A stretch of 61,052 nucleotides of DNA, counting the filler, from Cladosporium halotolerans (Eukaryota), in assembly GCF_011745625.1 (NCBI RefSeq). It is 2 parts of 2 records of this genome, joined end to end, with 100 filler letters (N's around TTAATTAATTAA, not from the genome) between each part and the next. Parts side by side here need not be neighbours in the genome. Positions count along the whole stretch, not along the records: positions 1 to 30,952 come from NW_027191529.1; positions 31,053 to 61,052 come from NW_027191530.1. One strand, written 5' to 3'. The translations under genes and the position numbers were made by a program. The notes beneath the pieces are model-generated. The model did no database searches, was not told the origin of the DNA, and saw only the letters and a program-made list of their open reading frames with translations. Below, piece by piece: positions 25,487-36,172 of the stretch (position 1 is the first letter of the stretch; every line of letters starts with the position of its first letter).

Positions 25487-26683
25487 CTATTTATCCAGCA
25501 TTTTCTTGGCGGAACAAGTTGCGCCTGGAGCGAGCGCCTGGATCTGCGCGCATCCATCGTTGCACAAGCCAAACTTGTTGTGTCCAATGCAAACAATAAG
25601 GTCGTCCAGAGAGCAGGACACTGACCCTAAGGGGCATGTACTGGAAGCAGTTGAAGTGGGTGGCATGTCGCACGTTGTGGACAGCACCGCTGACCATAGA
25701 GTATCCACAGAGGCTGTGACAGAAACACCTGAGTACAGTCTTGCCTTTCGGCTTGATGGATTGGCAAGGAAGCCGTGATTGTTCTTTGCTGGCGCGAAGA
25801 GTCGTCTTCTGCTGGCCTCTGGTGTGGAGTTATCTCCGGAGGAGCGGTATGCTTTCTCAGAACTTGGCATCGGTGATTCAGCGGCGGAAATGTCCGTTGC
25901 TGCGCCCGACTGAGGTTTACCTTTTAGTTGTGACGCCACAATACTACAGCTTCCGGTGACAGATGGCCAATTGCTCCCTTCAGTCGCTGACATGGCGGTA
26001 CGAAACTCGCCAGGGTCAGGGAATGCGACATTGGTCCTTTCTGGAGCTGAGGTGCACGTACCCTCAGGACCGATGTTGGCAACGTACATCGCGGGGAGTG
26101 ATTCCATTGCCTTGCCTGTTCCTCCGATAATCTCAACATTCGCGCAGTTCTGATACATTTCTCGCTCTCCGATAGCATTGAACCACGTCCAAGACAAGAT
26201 GGCATGTCCCGATCGCAGGCCAGCCGGTAACGGCACCTCCCATGTATGCACGCATTCAGCCTGTCCAGGGGACGAACAATAGCTCGCGTTGCGTCGGTTT
26301 CCGGTGGAAGAAGAAGGACAGCCTCCCTCAATGCTGTATATTACGTACCAGTTCGAAGGGCTCCGGACAATCTCAGCGTCGGTTTCGTATGTGATCGCAA
26401 CTTGGCAAGACCCTCCGCCGTTTACGGCAGTATTGCTTCCATCAAGGCCTAGATCGAATCGCAGCGAAAATGAAGATCCGGCCTCCATGGTTTGACCACC
26501 CTCGTTGGGAAGTGACACGCCGTGGCACGGGAAGTTGCTGCCGTCTGCAATGAGGGGACTTTTTGCTTTAGCACCTTCGATTGGTTTTGGCGAAGCGAGA
26601 AGCATATGTGATGAGACGATTTGTGAGAAGGCTGTAAAAGACACGAAGGCGAATAGCACGAGGCAATTCGCGAAACGAGACAT
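25487..26683 (-). CDS. AA11 chitin-active LPMO-like protein with a C-terminal Cys-rich (X278-like) module
   Basis: Signal peptide MSRFANCLVLFAFVSFTAFSQIVSS followed by mature N-terminal His (HMLLASP); SNFPC, GGGSCQVAITY, YSIEGGCP, WTWFNAIGEREMYQNCA; S/T-rich linker; Cys-rich C-terminus. Confidence 0.85.
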   Translation of the reverse strand: MSRFANCLVLFAFVSFTAFSQIVSSHMLLASPKPIEGAKAKSPLIADGSNFPCHGVSLPNEGGQTMEAGSSFSLRFDLGLDGSNTAVNGGGSCQVAITYETDAEIVRSPSNWYVIYSIEGGCPSSSTGNRRNASYCSSPGQAECVHTWEVPLPAGLRSGHAILSWTWFNAIGEREMYQNCANVEIIGGTGKAMESLPAMYVANIGPEGTCTSAPERTNVAFPDPGEFRTAMSATEGSNWPSVTGSCSIVASQLKGKPQSGAATDISAAESPMPSSEKAYRSSGDNSTPEASRRRLFAPAKNNHGFLANPSSRKARLYSGVSVTASVDTLWSAVLSTTCDMPPTSTASSTCPLGSVSCSLDDLIVCIGHNKFGLCNDGCAQIQALAPGATCSAKKMLDK

Positions 26684-27995
26684 TGTGGGTCTAGCCAAAA
26701 ACGCTTGGGAGGAACCGCGCACTAGCAGTATGTCGTGCTGTGTACAGATAAAGGATCTTCCAAAAAAGATGAGAATGAGTGGATGAAAGGGTGGAAGAGA
26801 CAGGAAGAGAGGTGAAATAGCCCGTCTGGCTGTCTTGAATGACGCAGGGCTGGCGAAAGAGGTTGTCGCCTCCGGCGTAGTAACATCGCTCCACTGCAAT
26901 GCCGTCAGGATCAGTCTGATCCTGGAAAAGGTTTTCATTTACGATGCTGCCATTGGCGCAGTCATGCTCATTGCAGACACCGCGCCGTCTCGAAATACAG
27001 TAGCAGTGGATGAAGTGCAAACGCTCACAGAACACGATCCGAGCAACGTGAGCCTCGGCCTCCGATTTCCTGATCAGGATTCGGCAGGCTGGGAAAAGAT
27101 GCTGCAGGCTTACAAATGTGTCGTGGATAAGCTGCGAAGCACGAGGGCTTCGCCTGCACTTAAATGGCTTGTTCCGCTTGAGCAAGCATAATCAGGCACA
27201 TATCAACGCGATTGTCTGTGTCTCACCGTTTCAACCTGATTGCCGCTCGGTAAGCCAGCTGCTTCTACACAACTTTTGTACGAAGCTCCCTACCCGTACG
27301 AGGGTTTCGAAGAGAGAATTTCACTGCATTTTCCGATGGGAGCCGTCTATTTGGCAGGCTTCAGCCTTTCTCTCAGTCGTTTTTGTCGGTCCAGGTACTC
27401 CTTAGAAAGTCGCTTCTTTTTCTCCTTTGATCTCAATTCCTCATCAAAGAGAAAAACACAGGGCTCAGCTTCGCCTCCTGGGTCACAATTTCATGTCAAT
27501 CTCTTGGTCTAAATCGATTGCATAGGCGTTGTTGTCCGCTTACCTTCCACCGTCGTCTCGCATGCTGACCTGCTGGGGTCTTTCGCATTCTTCTCCTGCT
27601 CTGAGTCCATTGGACCTTTAATATGACGATTCTAGATGTAAAAGGTTGAAAAAGTCGTGTCGTATGGGACGAGAGGCCAGATACTCCTCGATTTAGGCCA
27701 GGAAGGATGGAAATGTATATTGTACTCATATCAGTGGGATCACGAAATATCAGGCAAGGTATGAGAAAACTTTGATTACATTTTACGTTATTGGGAGACA
27801 TGATCGATGAAACGTGGGGCTTTTTGACCGTTTGTTAAACGTAATGTGTTGGCACCTACCGAAAAAGTCACCCAAGTGGCTAGAATGAAGCGTCACATCT
27901 GCATTGGCTTTTAGCCGCTCTTTTGGGCGCAAATTCTGAGTCCGAAGAAGGAGGTAACTATTACAGCGCTACATTTGGCTCAACCTCGAGTTGCA

Positions 27996-28628
27996 TCAAC
28001 ACCGTGCCTCCGCTCGCTTCTTCCTCCCAGAATCCGGTTTGCGACCTCGGTCGCACGCTGCAGCATCGAACCTAGCAGCTTTACGTTTCCGTCCTCGAAG
28101 TCTACCGGTCTCATCACGAGAGCAAGTCAGGCCCCGGAATATGCAACGACTGCAAGAAAGGTCCCGACCGCCACTGATGGCCGTACCCGCCTCCAAACGA
28201 TATACCATACATTCTGCTCCGCTCTGCGCACACTTGGAGCAATCGCCGTCAGGAGCCTGTACGCCTTCTGACGTCTCGTTGATGCGGCCGACGTAGGACA
28301 AGATTCCCTGCCGAGATTTTGACAGTCGTGGCCATGCCGATGTAGAGACGGACCAGTATTCGTCCTCCTTCTGCGGCCTTCTAATGGACTGGGCGCATTG
28401 TGATTTCGATGTGTCTGCTTCATCACCAGTTCCGTCCGGTGTCGTCTTTGTGAAACGCGAGCCTATCTCAATTTTGTTGCGGGGCACAGAATGCTGTTCC
28501 TTGTGATCTTCTCTTCTCTCAATCTGTCGGTCGGCCGCGAGGAAGACCTCATGAATAATTTCAATGAGAAACTCCCAGGACATCTCATAACCCTTATCGT
28601 CAACGATTTTCCCTAACGCGAGATCCAC
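27996..28628 (-). CDS. Hypothetical protein with a C-terminal six-Cys Zn-cluster-like motif
   Basis: CSKCAQSGAECMVY...SCSRCIFRGLTCS followed by a basic tail (RGRKRK). Start is uncertain. Confidence 0.5.
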   Translation of the reverse strand: MDLALGKIVDDKGYEMSWEFLIEIIHEVFLAADRQIERREDHKEQHSVPRNKIEIGSRFTKTTPDGTGDEADTSKSQCAQSIRRPQKEDEYWSVSTSAWPRLSKSRQGILSYVGRINETSEGVQAPDGDCSKCAQSGAECMVYRLEAGTAISGGRDLSCSRCIFRGLTCSRDETGRLRGRKRKAARFDAAACDRGRKPDSGRKKRAEARC

Positions 28629-29182
28629 CTCAACGTCTTGTCACACATCGGGTCCTTCGGTCAGCGATGGCGTCGATGGTCCAGCCTCGCAAGATGCTGA
28701 ATGAACCTACCAGCATGGACCGAGAGATGACTTCTAACGTGGGGTTGAATTTCATTGACGGTCTCGTGCGACGTCATCGTGATTTCCAGAGTGGTACTGT
28801 AATGAAAGAATGGTTGTGTATTGACACTATATTGCCAGCTGTCAACGTGGAAACTCCCACTAAAATAACAGGCACGGCACAGCAGGCTTTGGTGCTGAAG
28901 CAGAGGTAGATAGCAATTCCTTTTTCTTTGCGAAGCAAGTGCGCTTGAACTGAGCCTAATATCGCGCCACCCTGTTGGTTTCGGCCGACTTCCGCACCCG
29001 GAGCGCAGCACTTCGCAACAGGTATGATGGAAAGGTGGACCATTCCAGCGCACATGCCGAAAGTTGCATCCTATTTTGGCGAGAACGTACCATTATAACG
29101 ATACAGAAGACTGGAGGAGAATTGTCGACGATAGAAATCACTGCGTTCTCGAAATGAAAGCTCCTTCTCCGCTACAGATGTT

Positions 29183-30046
29183 TCAAGGGTGATGCCCCGG
29201 CCACAGGTTTGAACGCTGCACTTGCTTTTGCACCACCGCTTTATCGAACTTCGATCTTTGCACAGTTCTCGTCACATAGTCCAACCCCCACTCTCTTCGC
29301 GTGCGGTAGTACGCGTTCCTCAGAGCCGGGCCGGTACGATCCGTACTATCTTCTCCAAACGCCAGACTAAATCCTGCCGAGATGTCTTGCCATTTGGTGT
29401 CCTTGAGAATGCGGTGGTACATGATGAAAAGCTTCTGCTGGTGTGAGTACCTAGGACGGAATCGCCGGTTATATGTGACGTCAAGATGTTCGGGCTCTGC
29501 AGACTGTGCTCGATATGCGCGCAATTTTTGATCTGTGCCGTCATGGGCGTCGGTTGCGCTTTTGTAAACCGTGACTGCTGGAAAGCAAGTTGGCTCTCCG
29601 GGCGCCTTTTGCGCTTCCGGTGAGACTATTTCGCCAAACCAACCGTCGACACTTGATACTCTTTCGAGATCCAGGCTCCTCCGGTTCAGGAGTGGTAGCG
29701 ATTGAGAAGCAACCCATCGAGCAACAAGACTTTGCCGAATGCATGAGTGGTGATCGTCACTCATGAGCATAGAGGCATTCTTGTGACCAGACAACATCTT
29801 ATCGCCACTCACCCGGCTTGTATCGGGACATCCACCACAGCTGGGGTCAGCGGTATTGCGGTCACTTGGTTCTCTATTGCTGCCGTCTCCAATGTTGTTG
29901 CTGTGGTCGATGCGCTTTTTGATGCTTGACGGAGATTGCGTTGCAGTATCAGGACCGTTGTCGGTGAGGAGAAAGGGGATGCTCATTTTAAGTAGAGACT
30001 TTCCGTTCGAAGAGGTCTGATGTCGTTCAGCATCTCCTTCAGTCAT
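29183..30046 (-). CDS. Putative transcription regulator with a C-terminal Myb/HTH-like domain
   Basis: RPRYSHQQKLFIMYHRILKDTKWQDISAGF...RTGPALRNAYYRTRREWG resembles a fungal Myb-like family; MSIPFLL motif near the N-terminus. Start is uncertain (ORF extends to 30271). Confidence 0.55.
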   Translation of the reverse strand: MTEGDAERHQTSSNGKSLLKMSIPFLLTDNGPDTATQSPSSIKKRIDHSNNIGDGSNREPSDRNTADPSCGGCPDTSRVSGDKMLSGHKNASMLMSDDHHSCIRQSLVARWVASQSLPLLNRRSLDLERVSSVDGWFGEIVSPEAQKAPGEPTCFPAVTVYKSATDAHDGTDQKLRAYRAQSAEPEHLDVTYNRRFRPRYSHQQKLFIMYHRILKDTKWQDISAGFSLAFGEDSTDRTGPALRNAYYRTRREWGLDYVTRTVQRSKFDKAVVQKQVQRSNLWPGHHP

Positions 30047-30628
30047 GATCAAACTAACGGTACGTAACCGAGAAGAGGGGTGATGGTACTTCTGAGCGTC
30101 TGGTAAGTGGGTTAAAGCCGATGAGAATACGGTAATTGTCTCGAGAATGCCTTTTATAGAAATGTACTCGCTACCGCCAAGGAACTTCTGACCAAGGCGA
30201 GTCATGTTGGTGCGAGCGCGATATCCGGAATGAGTGCTGTAGGGGAACATTCCATGGCGGCACATGGCCATGTGAGCACGTGGATCTCAGTGCCATGGAT
30301 ACGGCCAGCCCCAGGAAGCCAGCCCGTCCCGCCGCCAGCTCCTTTTCTCGATTCGACTGTCGTTTACAAGATGTATTGGGCGTCACTACTATGGATGATC
30401 GATTTACTGATGCACACTACTACAGTAGCGCGGACTATTTCTCGAGCGAGCCGGTGTCGTTGGCGTTCGCCTCGACGTTCAAGATTCTGTACATTGTGCA
30501 CCACCAACAAATCTCACATAGCCCTTCTCTTCCTGCCTCTCTGGAAACAAGCGACATCGCATCTTTTGCGGATGCACTGTCCTTCAACCAGGAGTAAGCA
30601 CCAGTCTGTGCCATGTCAGCGGTCGCTG

Positions 30629-30853
30629 CTAGTGCAAGAGTCCGTATTCCTCTGTCAAAAGATCTGCAAACGCGGATGGAACCTTGGCCGCAACACCCTC
30701 AAACACGGTGTCTCGCAGGGGGAATATGTTTTCATACATGCTAGGGTGCTCATCCTCGCATGTTTTCACACCCTTGACGTCCGCATTTGATTTATGAAGA
30801 CATCGAAATGGCTTGATGTCGATGTATAACCCAGAATGCACGTCGATCCAGTG
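30629..30853 (-). pseudogene. LicD/Mnn4-like phosphotransferase C-terminal fragment
   Basis: WIDVHSGLYIDI...IFPLRDTVFEGVAAKVPSAFADLLTEEYG is typical of the LicD C-terminus; no N-terminal part before the gap. Confidence 0.65.
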
Positions 30854-30952
30854 CAGAGAGTACACCGACAGTCATGTCCAATAATTTTGCCATGTTCATG
30901 TCATGTGCAGTGGGAAAAATCTATGTTCATATTCATGTCGCGTCATGTGCAG

Positions 30953-31052
30953 NNNNNNNNNNNNNNNNNNNNNNNNNNNNNNNNNNNNNNNNNNNNTTAA
31001 TTAATTAANNNNNNNNNNNNNNNNNNNNNNNNNNNNNNNNNNNNNNNNNNNN
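30953..31052. other. Artificial scaffold linker (44 N + TTAATTAATTAA + 44 N)
   Basis: Exactly 100 bp and symmetric; the central 12-mer gives stop codons in all six frames. Confidence 0.95.
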
Positions 31053-31054
<2 letters not shown>

Positions 31055-31083
<29 letters not shown>

Positions 31084-31140
31084 CCCTCTCTCCTCCTTGG
31101 CATATGGAAATCTGGTCAATCTGGTCAATCTGGTCAATCT
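31055..31140. repeat. Poly(T)29 followed by (AATCTGGTC)3
   Basis: T-run at 31055-31083; tandem 9-mer at ~31109-31140. Confidence 0.85.
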
Positions 31141-31166
31141 ATCCTTCACCTTGCCCTATACTCTGT

Positions 31167-31931
31167 TCATCCTGTCTGAGAGCTGATTAGCCCTCCTCTT
31201 AGGTACGGAAGCATTATTTCTTGCCCATCCCCTGACCGAAACTTCTCTAGGTTCACGCTGACGATCTGGTCCTCGACTCCTAGCTCCCGCACAATCTTGT
31301 CCACGTCGCGGTATACCACTCCAAAAGCGTTGCTCAGCATCTGAACCTCTCGCTGCATCACCGCCCTCGCTGCCCGCACAGCCTCCGATCCTTCGAACAC
31401 TTGCCCCCCGAGTCTCAGCTCGTGGAAGCTAGACCTTATCCTGCTCTCCAGGGGGCTCTTTGCCACTGTTACTCGTGCGGGCGTGCGTCGACATAGTCCG
31501 CAAAGTATCATCACTATCCCCCATTTCTGCTCGCCCGCCCCCCCTTCGAAGTATTCCGGTAGCGTCCGATTCTCGTACCTGATCCGGTCGAGCCTCCCGC
31601 GGTCTAGGCACCACACGAAACCGTAGCCTTCTTCTGCACTCGGCGGTGCCTCCGCCTCGACTGCTTCCTTGTTCTCGGGCTCTGTTCCTGGCGTCACCGC
31701 TGTCGCCCCGCAAGGGGTCGAGGGCAACGTCCAATCGTCGACCGGCGGTGCCTCTCCTATGTCGTTCGCTACAACCACCGTGTCTTTCCATCCCCATGTT
31801 TCGTTTTGGCGCATGTCCTCGACTCCGGCTTGGACGAGTTGGTCGTACACCTCACTGCTTAACGATTCAAGCTCGTGCGCTGTGTGGACTGCCTTTGCAA
31901 TCCTCTTTAGTGTGAATCGATTCGGTTTCAT
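31167..31931 (-). CDS. Hypothetical protein (254 aa), divergently oriented to the glycosylase gene
   Basis: Intronless ATG-started ORF with protein-like composition and a CxxC (CGLC); no family recognised. Confidence 0.6.
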   Translation of the reverse strand: MKPNRFTLKRIAKAVHTAHELESLSSEVYDQLVQAGVEDMRQNETWGWKDTVVVANDIGEAPPVDDWTLPSTPCGATAVTPGTEPENKEAVEAEAPPSAEEGYGFVWCLDRGRLDRIRYENRTLPEYFEGGAGEQKWGIVMILCGLCRRTPARVTVAKSPLESRIRSSFHELRLGGQVFEGSEAVRAARAVMQREVQMLSNAFGVVYRDVDKIVRELGVEDQIVSVNLEKFRSGDGQEIMLPYLRGGLISSQTG

Positions 31932-32221
31932 TATTCACTCGTCTTCTTCTGTAAGAAAAGTGTGTGGAAGAGGTCGCAGCGTTAGTCGAGTTTGCGAGGC
32001 GGCGTATTAGTATGCGACTTGATGAGGAGGCTGGCGTCGAACTCAACGCTGCAATTACCTGTCTGGGGCCTTCCTACCACGGTTCGTACGAGGGGTTGAT
32101 ATGACTTATCCTCGGTCGATAGGCCGCTCGCACTCGTCCTCGTGTCGCACGCATCCAATTTTTACTTGACGATTTCTTCCACTACTCTCCTAAACCATAC
32201 CAGTCTATCGTCCGCTTCGAG

Positions 32222-32893
32222 ATGGAAGACCTACCTTTACTAGAAGAGCTTTATGCCCCGGACACAGTACGTAGGCCACACGAGGGTGTGACTCGCGCTT
32301 ACGTGTGCTGGTACCGAGTGATAGTGACTTGTATCTTTCTGAACAAGACGGCGGCAATTCGTGCACAGCCGTTCCTAAAGGCTTTTCTCGAGCACTATCC
32401 TTCCCCGGATTCACTTAGAAGTGCGGATCCGAAGGCCATTAAAGAAACATACTTCAACACATTAGGGTTATTCTGCAGGGCGTGGTGGCTAGTTAGCCTC
32501 GCCAACCAGCTCTTAGACGACCCTCCACTCCCTCACGCGATGAGGAGCAAGACGTACCGTAACGCCGGACCATCTTCGGAAGTGGCTCACCTCACCGGAG
32601 TGGGAGAGTACGCCAGTGATGCCTGGAAGCTCTTCTGTAAAAAATCCTTTTACGCTGATCATGACGAAGATGTAGAGGAGGAATGGAGGACTCTCAATCC
32701 GAAAGATAAAGATCTGATGAGATATGTGAGGAGGAAAAGGCGAGAGGAGCAGATCTCACTACTCACTGCCGATATCACTACACGTATGGCGGGCGTAACG
32801 CTGGGGAACTCTCCTGCTGGCGGTACACGTGTGGTATTAGCATCTGGGGTCCGTGTGAGGAGAGTCACTAGAGTGGTCGCTACCGCTTCGTGA
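32222..32893 (+). CDS. MBD4-like HhH-GPD DNA glycosylase (G:T/G:U mismatch type), catalytic domain only
   Basis: WYRVIVTCIFLNKT, FLEHYPSP, LGL, HhH motif LTGVGEYASDAWKLFC and EWRTLNPKDKDLMRY parallel MBD4 WKLLIATIFLNRT, FLEKYPSA, LGL, LHGIGKYGNDSYRIFC and EWKQVHPEDHKLNKY. The catalytic Asp is kept. Confidence 0.85.
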   Translation: MEDLPLLEELYAPDTVRRPHEGVTRAYVCWYRVIVTCIFLNKTAAIRAQPFLKAFLEHYPSPDSLRSADPKAIKETYFNTLGLFCRAWWLVSLANQLLDDPPLPHAMRSKTYRNAGPSSEVAHLTGVGEYASDAWKLFCKKSFYADHDEDVEEEWRTLNPKDKDLMRYVRRKRREEQISLLTADITTRMAGVTLGNSPAGGTRVVLASGVRVRRVTRVVATAS

Positions 32894-33106
32894 ATAGCAC
32901 GCACCATTTGTCCGATCTTTGGTGTATACGCCTACATGGTTTCGTTGGGACTCCTGCCCATATAGTCTGCTATGTAGAATGACAACATCGTACAGCCTCG
33001 CTGCATGCTCGCTTATGCAAAGACACGTCACGGAAAACCTTGCCCTCTCTGATACCGGCGACCTTGTGAACCATCGCGACTTCATAGTACACCTCGGCCG
33101 ATAACG

Positions 33107-33922
33107 ATGCCCAGAGATCCTCGCCTGCCGCCGTCTGCTTGGAGAAGGTATAGTTCTGTCGCCGTATCTTCTCGCCTGTACTGACACCCAGCCAGCTACC
33201 AGGGCGCCATCACTACACTCGTCGTAGGAGAGCAAGAGGCCGAGTACAAAGTGCACGAGACACTTCTCCGTGAGGCTTCCGATTTCTTCGCTTCTGCTGT
33301 GAAAGAAGAATGGAAGGAGGGCCAAAAGCAACGCATACCACTCCCGGATGACAGCGCCTCAGTCGTCGACCTATACCTGCAGTGGTTGTACACCCGTAGA
33401 ATCATCATTCGTGAGGGATTGGTAGAAGAGCAGAAGGGTGCGAAAGAGGAGAAAGAAGATGAAGAGGAGGGAGGGGAGAAAAAAGAGGGAGAGGGGGAGG
33501 AGGAGGGTAATGATGGGCACGAGTTTGACGTGCTCACCGGGGCTTTTGTCTTTGGCGAAAAGGTGCAGGACGGCGACTTCAAGGACGCTGTCGTCGACGC
33601 TCTCATTCACACTGTCGCGGCTCCGGACGAGAAGGGTGTACGCTGGTACCCCACAGCGCAGTCGGTGGATCGGGCATACATCGGTACGCCTGAAGGCTCA
33701 CCGATCCGTAGATTGTGAGTGGACATGTACACTTTCCATGGCAGGAAAGATTGGCTAGACGGTCAGAAGAATGTTGATTTCTTAGCCGACCTGGCAGGAT
33801 GCCTACTTAGTGATAAGAGCGAGCATTCGCAAGCACTGGTCTCCACTACACCGGAGGCGAGTGGCTGCCAACATCACCACCATGACGGCGAAAAGGGCGT
33901 GTGCTATAGCGCGAAGACCTAG
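33107..33922 (+). pseudogene. BTB/POZ domain gene with an in-frame TGA at 33716-33718
   Basis: Short exon 1 and intron, then VVGEQEAEYKVHETLLREASDFFASAVKEEWKEG..IPLPDDSASVVDLYLQWLY; acidic insert; SPIRRL*VDMY continues in frame into ORF 33719..33922 (CQHHHH..CY). Confidence 0.75.
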
Positions 33923-34222
33923 AGTCGTGTGGCATAAAAAAGTAATGCAGTGGCTAGCAACTCCGAATTCTAATTTTGTCACTACAAATGATGCGTGTTG
34001 CGTTGTGGCGGTTGGTGGCGTGACCGACGTGAAACCACCTGACGCGACCCGTCACAACCTATCACATCCGTAGGCGGCCTACTGCAGATTCGAGCCGAAG
34101 CGGCCTATCATGTCAAAGGCAAGAGCGACCCGACCGCGAGTTACGCTTCATCCGAATCCGTATACTGGGCCTGCCTTACCACCTGCAGCTTCCGTAGCGA
34201 CCTCGCTGGCATCATTTCTTCA

Positions 34223-35683
34223 ATGGCTTCGCTCGTGGAAACACCGCATCGCCAGGCTGGCTCGGGGCGGTATTCGTGCGCTGCCTGTCATGGCGCAGGG
34301 TTCGTCGACGAGGATCGATACCGCGAGTTAACTGAGACCCCAGGGCCGTTGTTTATATCTGCATCCCAGCGTCCTCCGATACAGAAAGCAGCGACCGCTC
34401 CCTACATCTTGACAGTCACGAACAAGAATCGCAGGCGGGAATTGGAGCGCACGCGATGGCAGACGGCCGGGAAAGCATCCGACAGCAGACGGAAACGATC
34501 GAAAAAGTCCCATCCCATCATCGCTGACTCGGGCGACGAAGAGGGTGACGCAGGCATCGAGGACAAAGATAGCGGCGAAAGCACCAAGCTCCATGAGGAC
34601 GATACTACCGACAGCCATGACAGCCATCTCCGCCCTGCCGACATTGTCTCAACCCTCCAACAGGCAGTCTCTCTGCCCTCCCAACGCGCATCTACGTCTT
34701 CGCCCTCGCCATCACCCGTCACCCCCGTGGCGAAGCCATCTGTGCACGCTTCAGTCAAAGAGACTGGTGAAGAAATCATAGAATCTGGTCGAGTGGAAGC
34801 AGCGGCCACTCTTAAGCTAGGCTTGGGCAAAAGATCGCTGACTTTGCAGCGGGTTTCGGACACTATACTAGACGCTGTCTTCGCCATTGCTGGTCCGAAT
34901 GCGATGGAAGATCTCTTGGGGCTCTGTCGGAAATGGCGAGAGGGCTTGATCTACCATACGAGGCAGGCCGTTGAGGACAAGATAGCCGCCCTCCGAGCTG
35001 ACTGGGAAAGTCGTCTCCCGGACAACGACCAGAAGCCGGCCATCGTCGAGGTCCATGTGGCCGCGTACTGGGCTTCAGCAGACGATGCAGACGACTTCGT
35101 CCGTGCTATCATACGCCGAGGACGTCTCGCCGACTTCTGGGAAGCTTTCCAATCACCCTTGCGACCTTGCGTCAAGCCCAACCCTGGCTGGAAGAAAAAA
35201 TTCGGTGAAGTGAAGAGGTCGCGACTTTTGGAGGCCAACCAAGATCTGAATCTAAAGGGGAAGGAGTACGAGAAGAAGGCGAGACAGTTCGAACGCCAGT
35301 TGCAATACGGAGAGCGCTGGGCACGCCTCCGCTGCGAGTTTGGCCCTGGCATTTTTGCACTCTTACCCAGCGCGGTTGTGACGAATCGTTGGGTGGAGCA
35401 GGAGCTTTCCGCCACGGAGTTTGACGCGTGGCTGAGTGTCCTACGCCGTCACAACCCTCCCGATCCGTTGATCGTCGAGCGGGCCTGGCACCTGGTAGAG
35501 GAGGCTTTGAGCGGGCGGCCTCCGTCTGAACGATTGCGGTTGGAAGACGCATCTTTCGCCGACCTTGGCCGTGACTGTCGTGACCCAAGCATTCTTCTTC
35601 CTTTAGTAGATATCCAAGGCGGCGGCGAGGACGAGTCGTTCGACAGAGATGGTGCTTTTCTCGAGGAAGGAGATATCACGTGA
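34223..35683 (+). CDS. Hypothetical protein (486 aa), paralogous to the 45878-47481 gene
   Basis: Long intronless ORF; C-terminal RQFERQLQYGERWARLRCEFGPGIFALLP...WVEQE...FDAWLSVL...RLRLE motif is shared with ORF 46954..47481. Confidence 0.7.
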   Translation: MASLVETPHRQAGSGRYSCAACHGAGFVDEDRYRELTETPGPLFISASQRPPIQKAATAPYILTVTNKNRRRELERTRWQTAGKASDSRRKRSKKSHPIIADSGDEEGDAGIEDKDSGESTKLHEDDTTDSHDSHLRPADIVSTLQQAVSLPSQRASTSSPSPSPVTPVAKPSVHASVKETGEEIIESGRVEAAATLKLGLGKRSLTLQRVSDTILDAVFAIAGPNAMEDLLGLCRKWREGLIYHTRQAVEDKIAALRADWESRLPDNDQKPAIVEVHVAAYWASADDADDFVRAIIRRGRLADFWEAFQSPLRPCVKPNPGWKKKFGEVKRSRLLEANQDLNLKGKEYEKKARQFERQLQYGERWARLRCEFGPGIFALLPSAVVTNRWVEQELSATEFDAWLSVLRRHNPPDPLIVERAWHLVEEALSGRPPSERLRLEDASFADLGRDCRDPSILLPLVDIQGGGEDESFDRDGAFLEEGDIT

Positions 35684-36172
35684 CTATGTACCATCAGACG
35701 AGGTGAACCGGCTCAACGTCGGCCGATCTCTGTTTGTGAACAATCCCTCTTACCACGCTTCCTAAGTATCTCCCATCAATGTGAGGGCCAGCTTATCGTC
35801 CAAGATCGATTCGTGACCGTCGCGGCCATCGTGGGCTGATACAGATGGCTGGACGCACGCCACGCCTGCATCACTCTCGAGGCGAACCTTGATTTTGAGT
35901 TCGGTGGTGCGATGCCTGTCTACGCGCCTGCAAGACGTATGGTCGTCGTCCCAGTGCTGCGGCTGTATATGCCGTGACAGTGGCTGGTCATGTGGGTTCT
36001 GAAACGATATCACTTCTGAATCTGGGCTTCGGTGGCCATCTCTGAGTTCCACCATCTCGACCGCGGTGTATATAACGTGCCCTCTTCAGCTTGTCAGACT
36101 TCTCTTCCTCCCCCAAGCTTCCAACCCATACCATCTCTATCTCTGCTCTTTGCCCTTCGCGCCAGCCCTTCG

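Noticed and set aside
30870..30952. CATG-rich short repeats (TCATGTGCAG twice) at the contig end
   Set aside because: Could be a transposon terminus that broke the assembly, but too little sequence is available.
30997..31008. TTAATTAATTAA palindrome inside the N run
   Set aside because: Artificial six-frame-stop contig linker, not biological.
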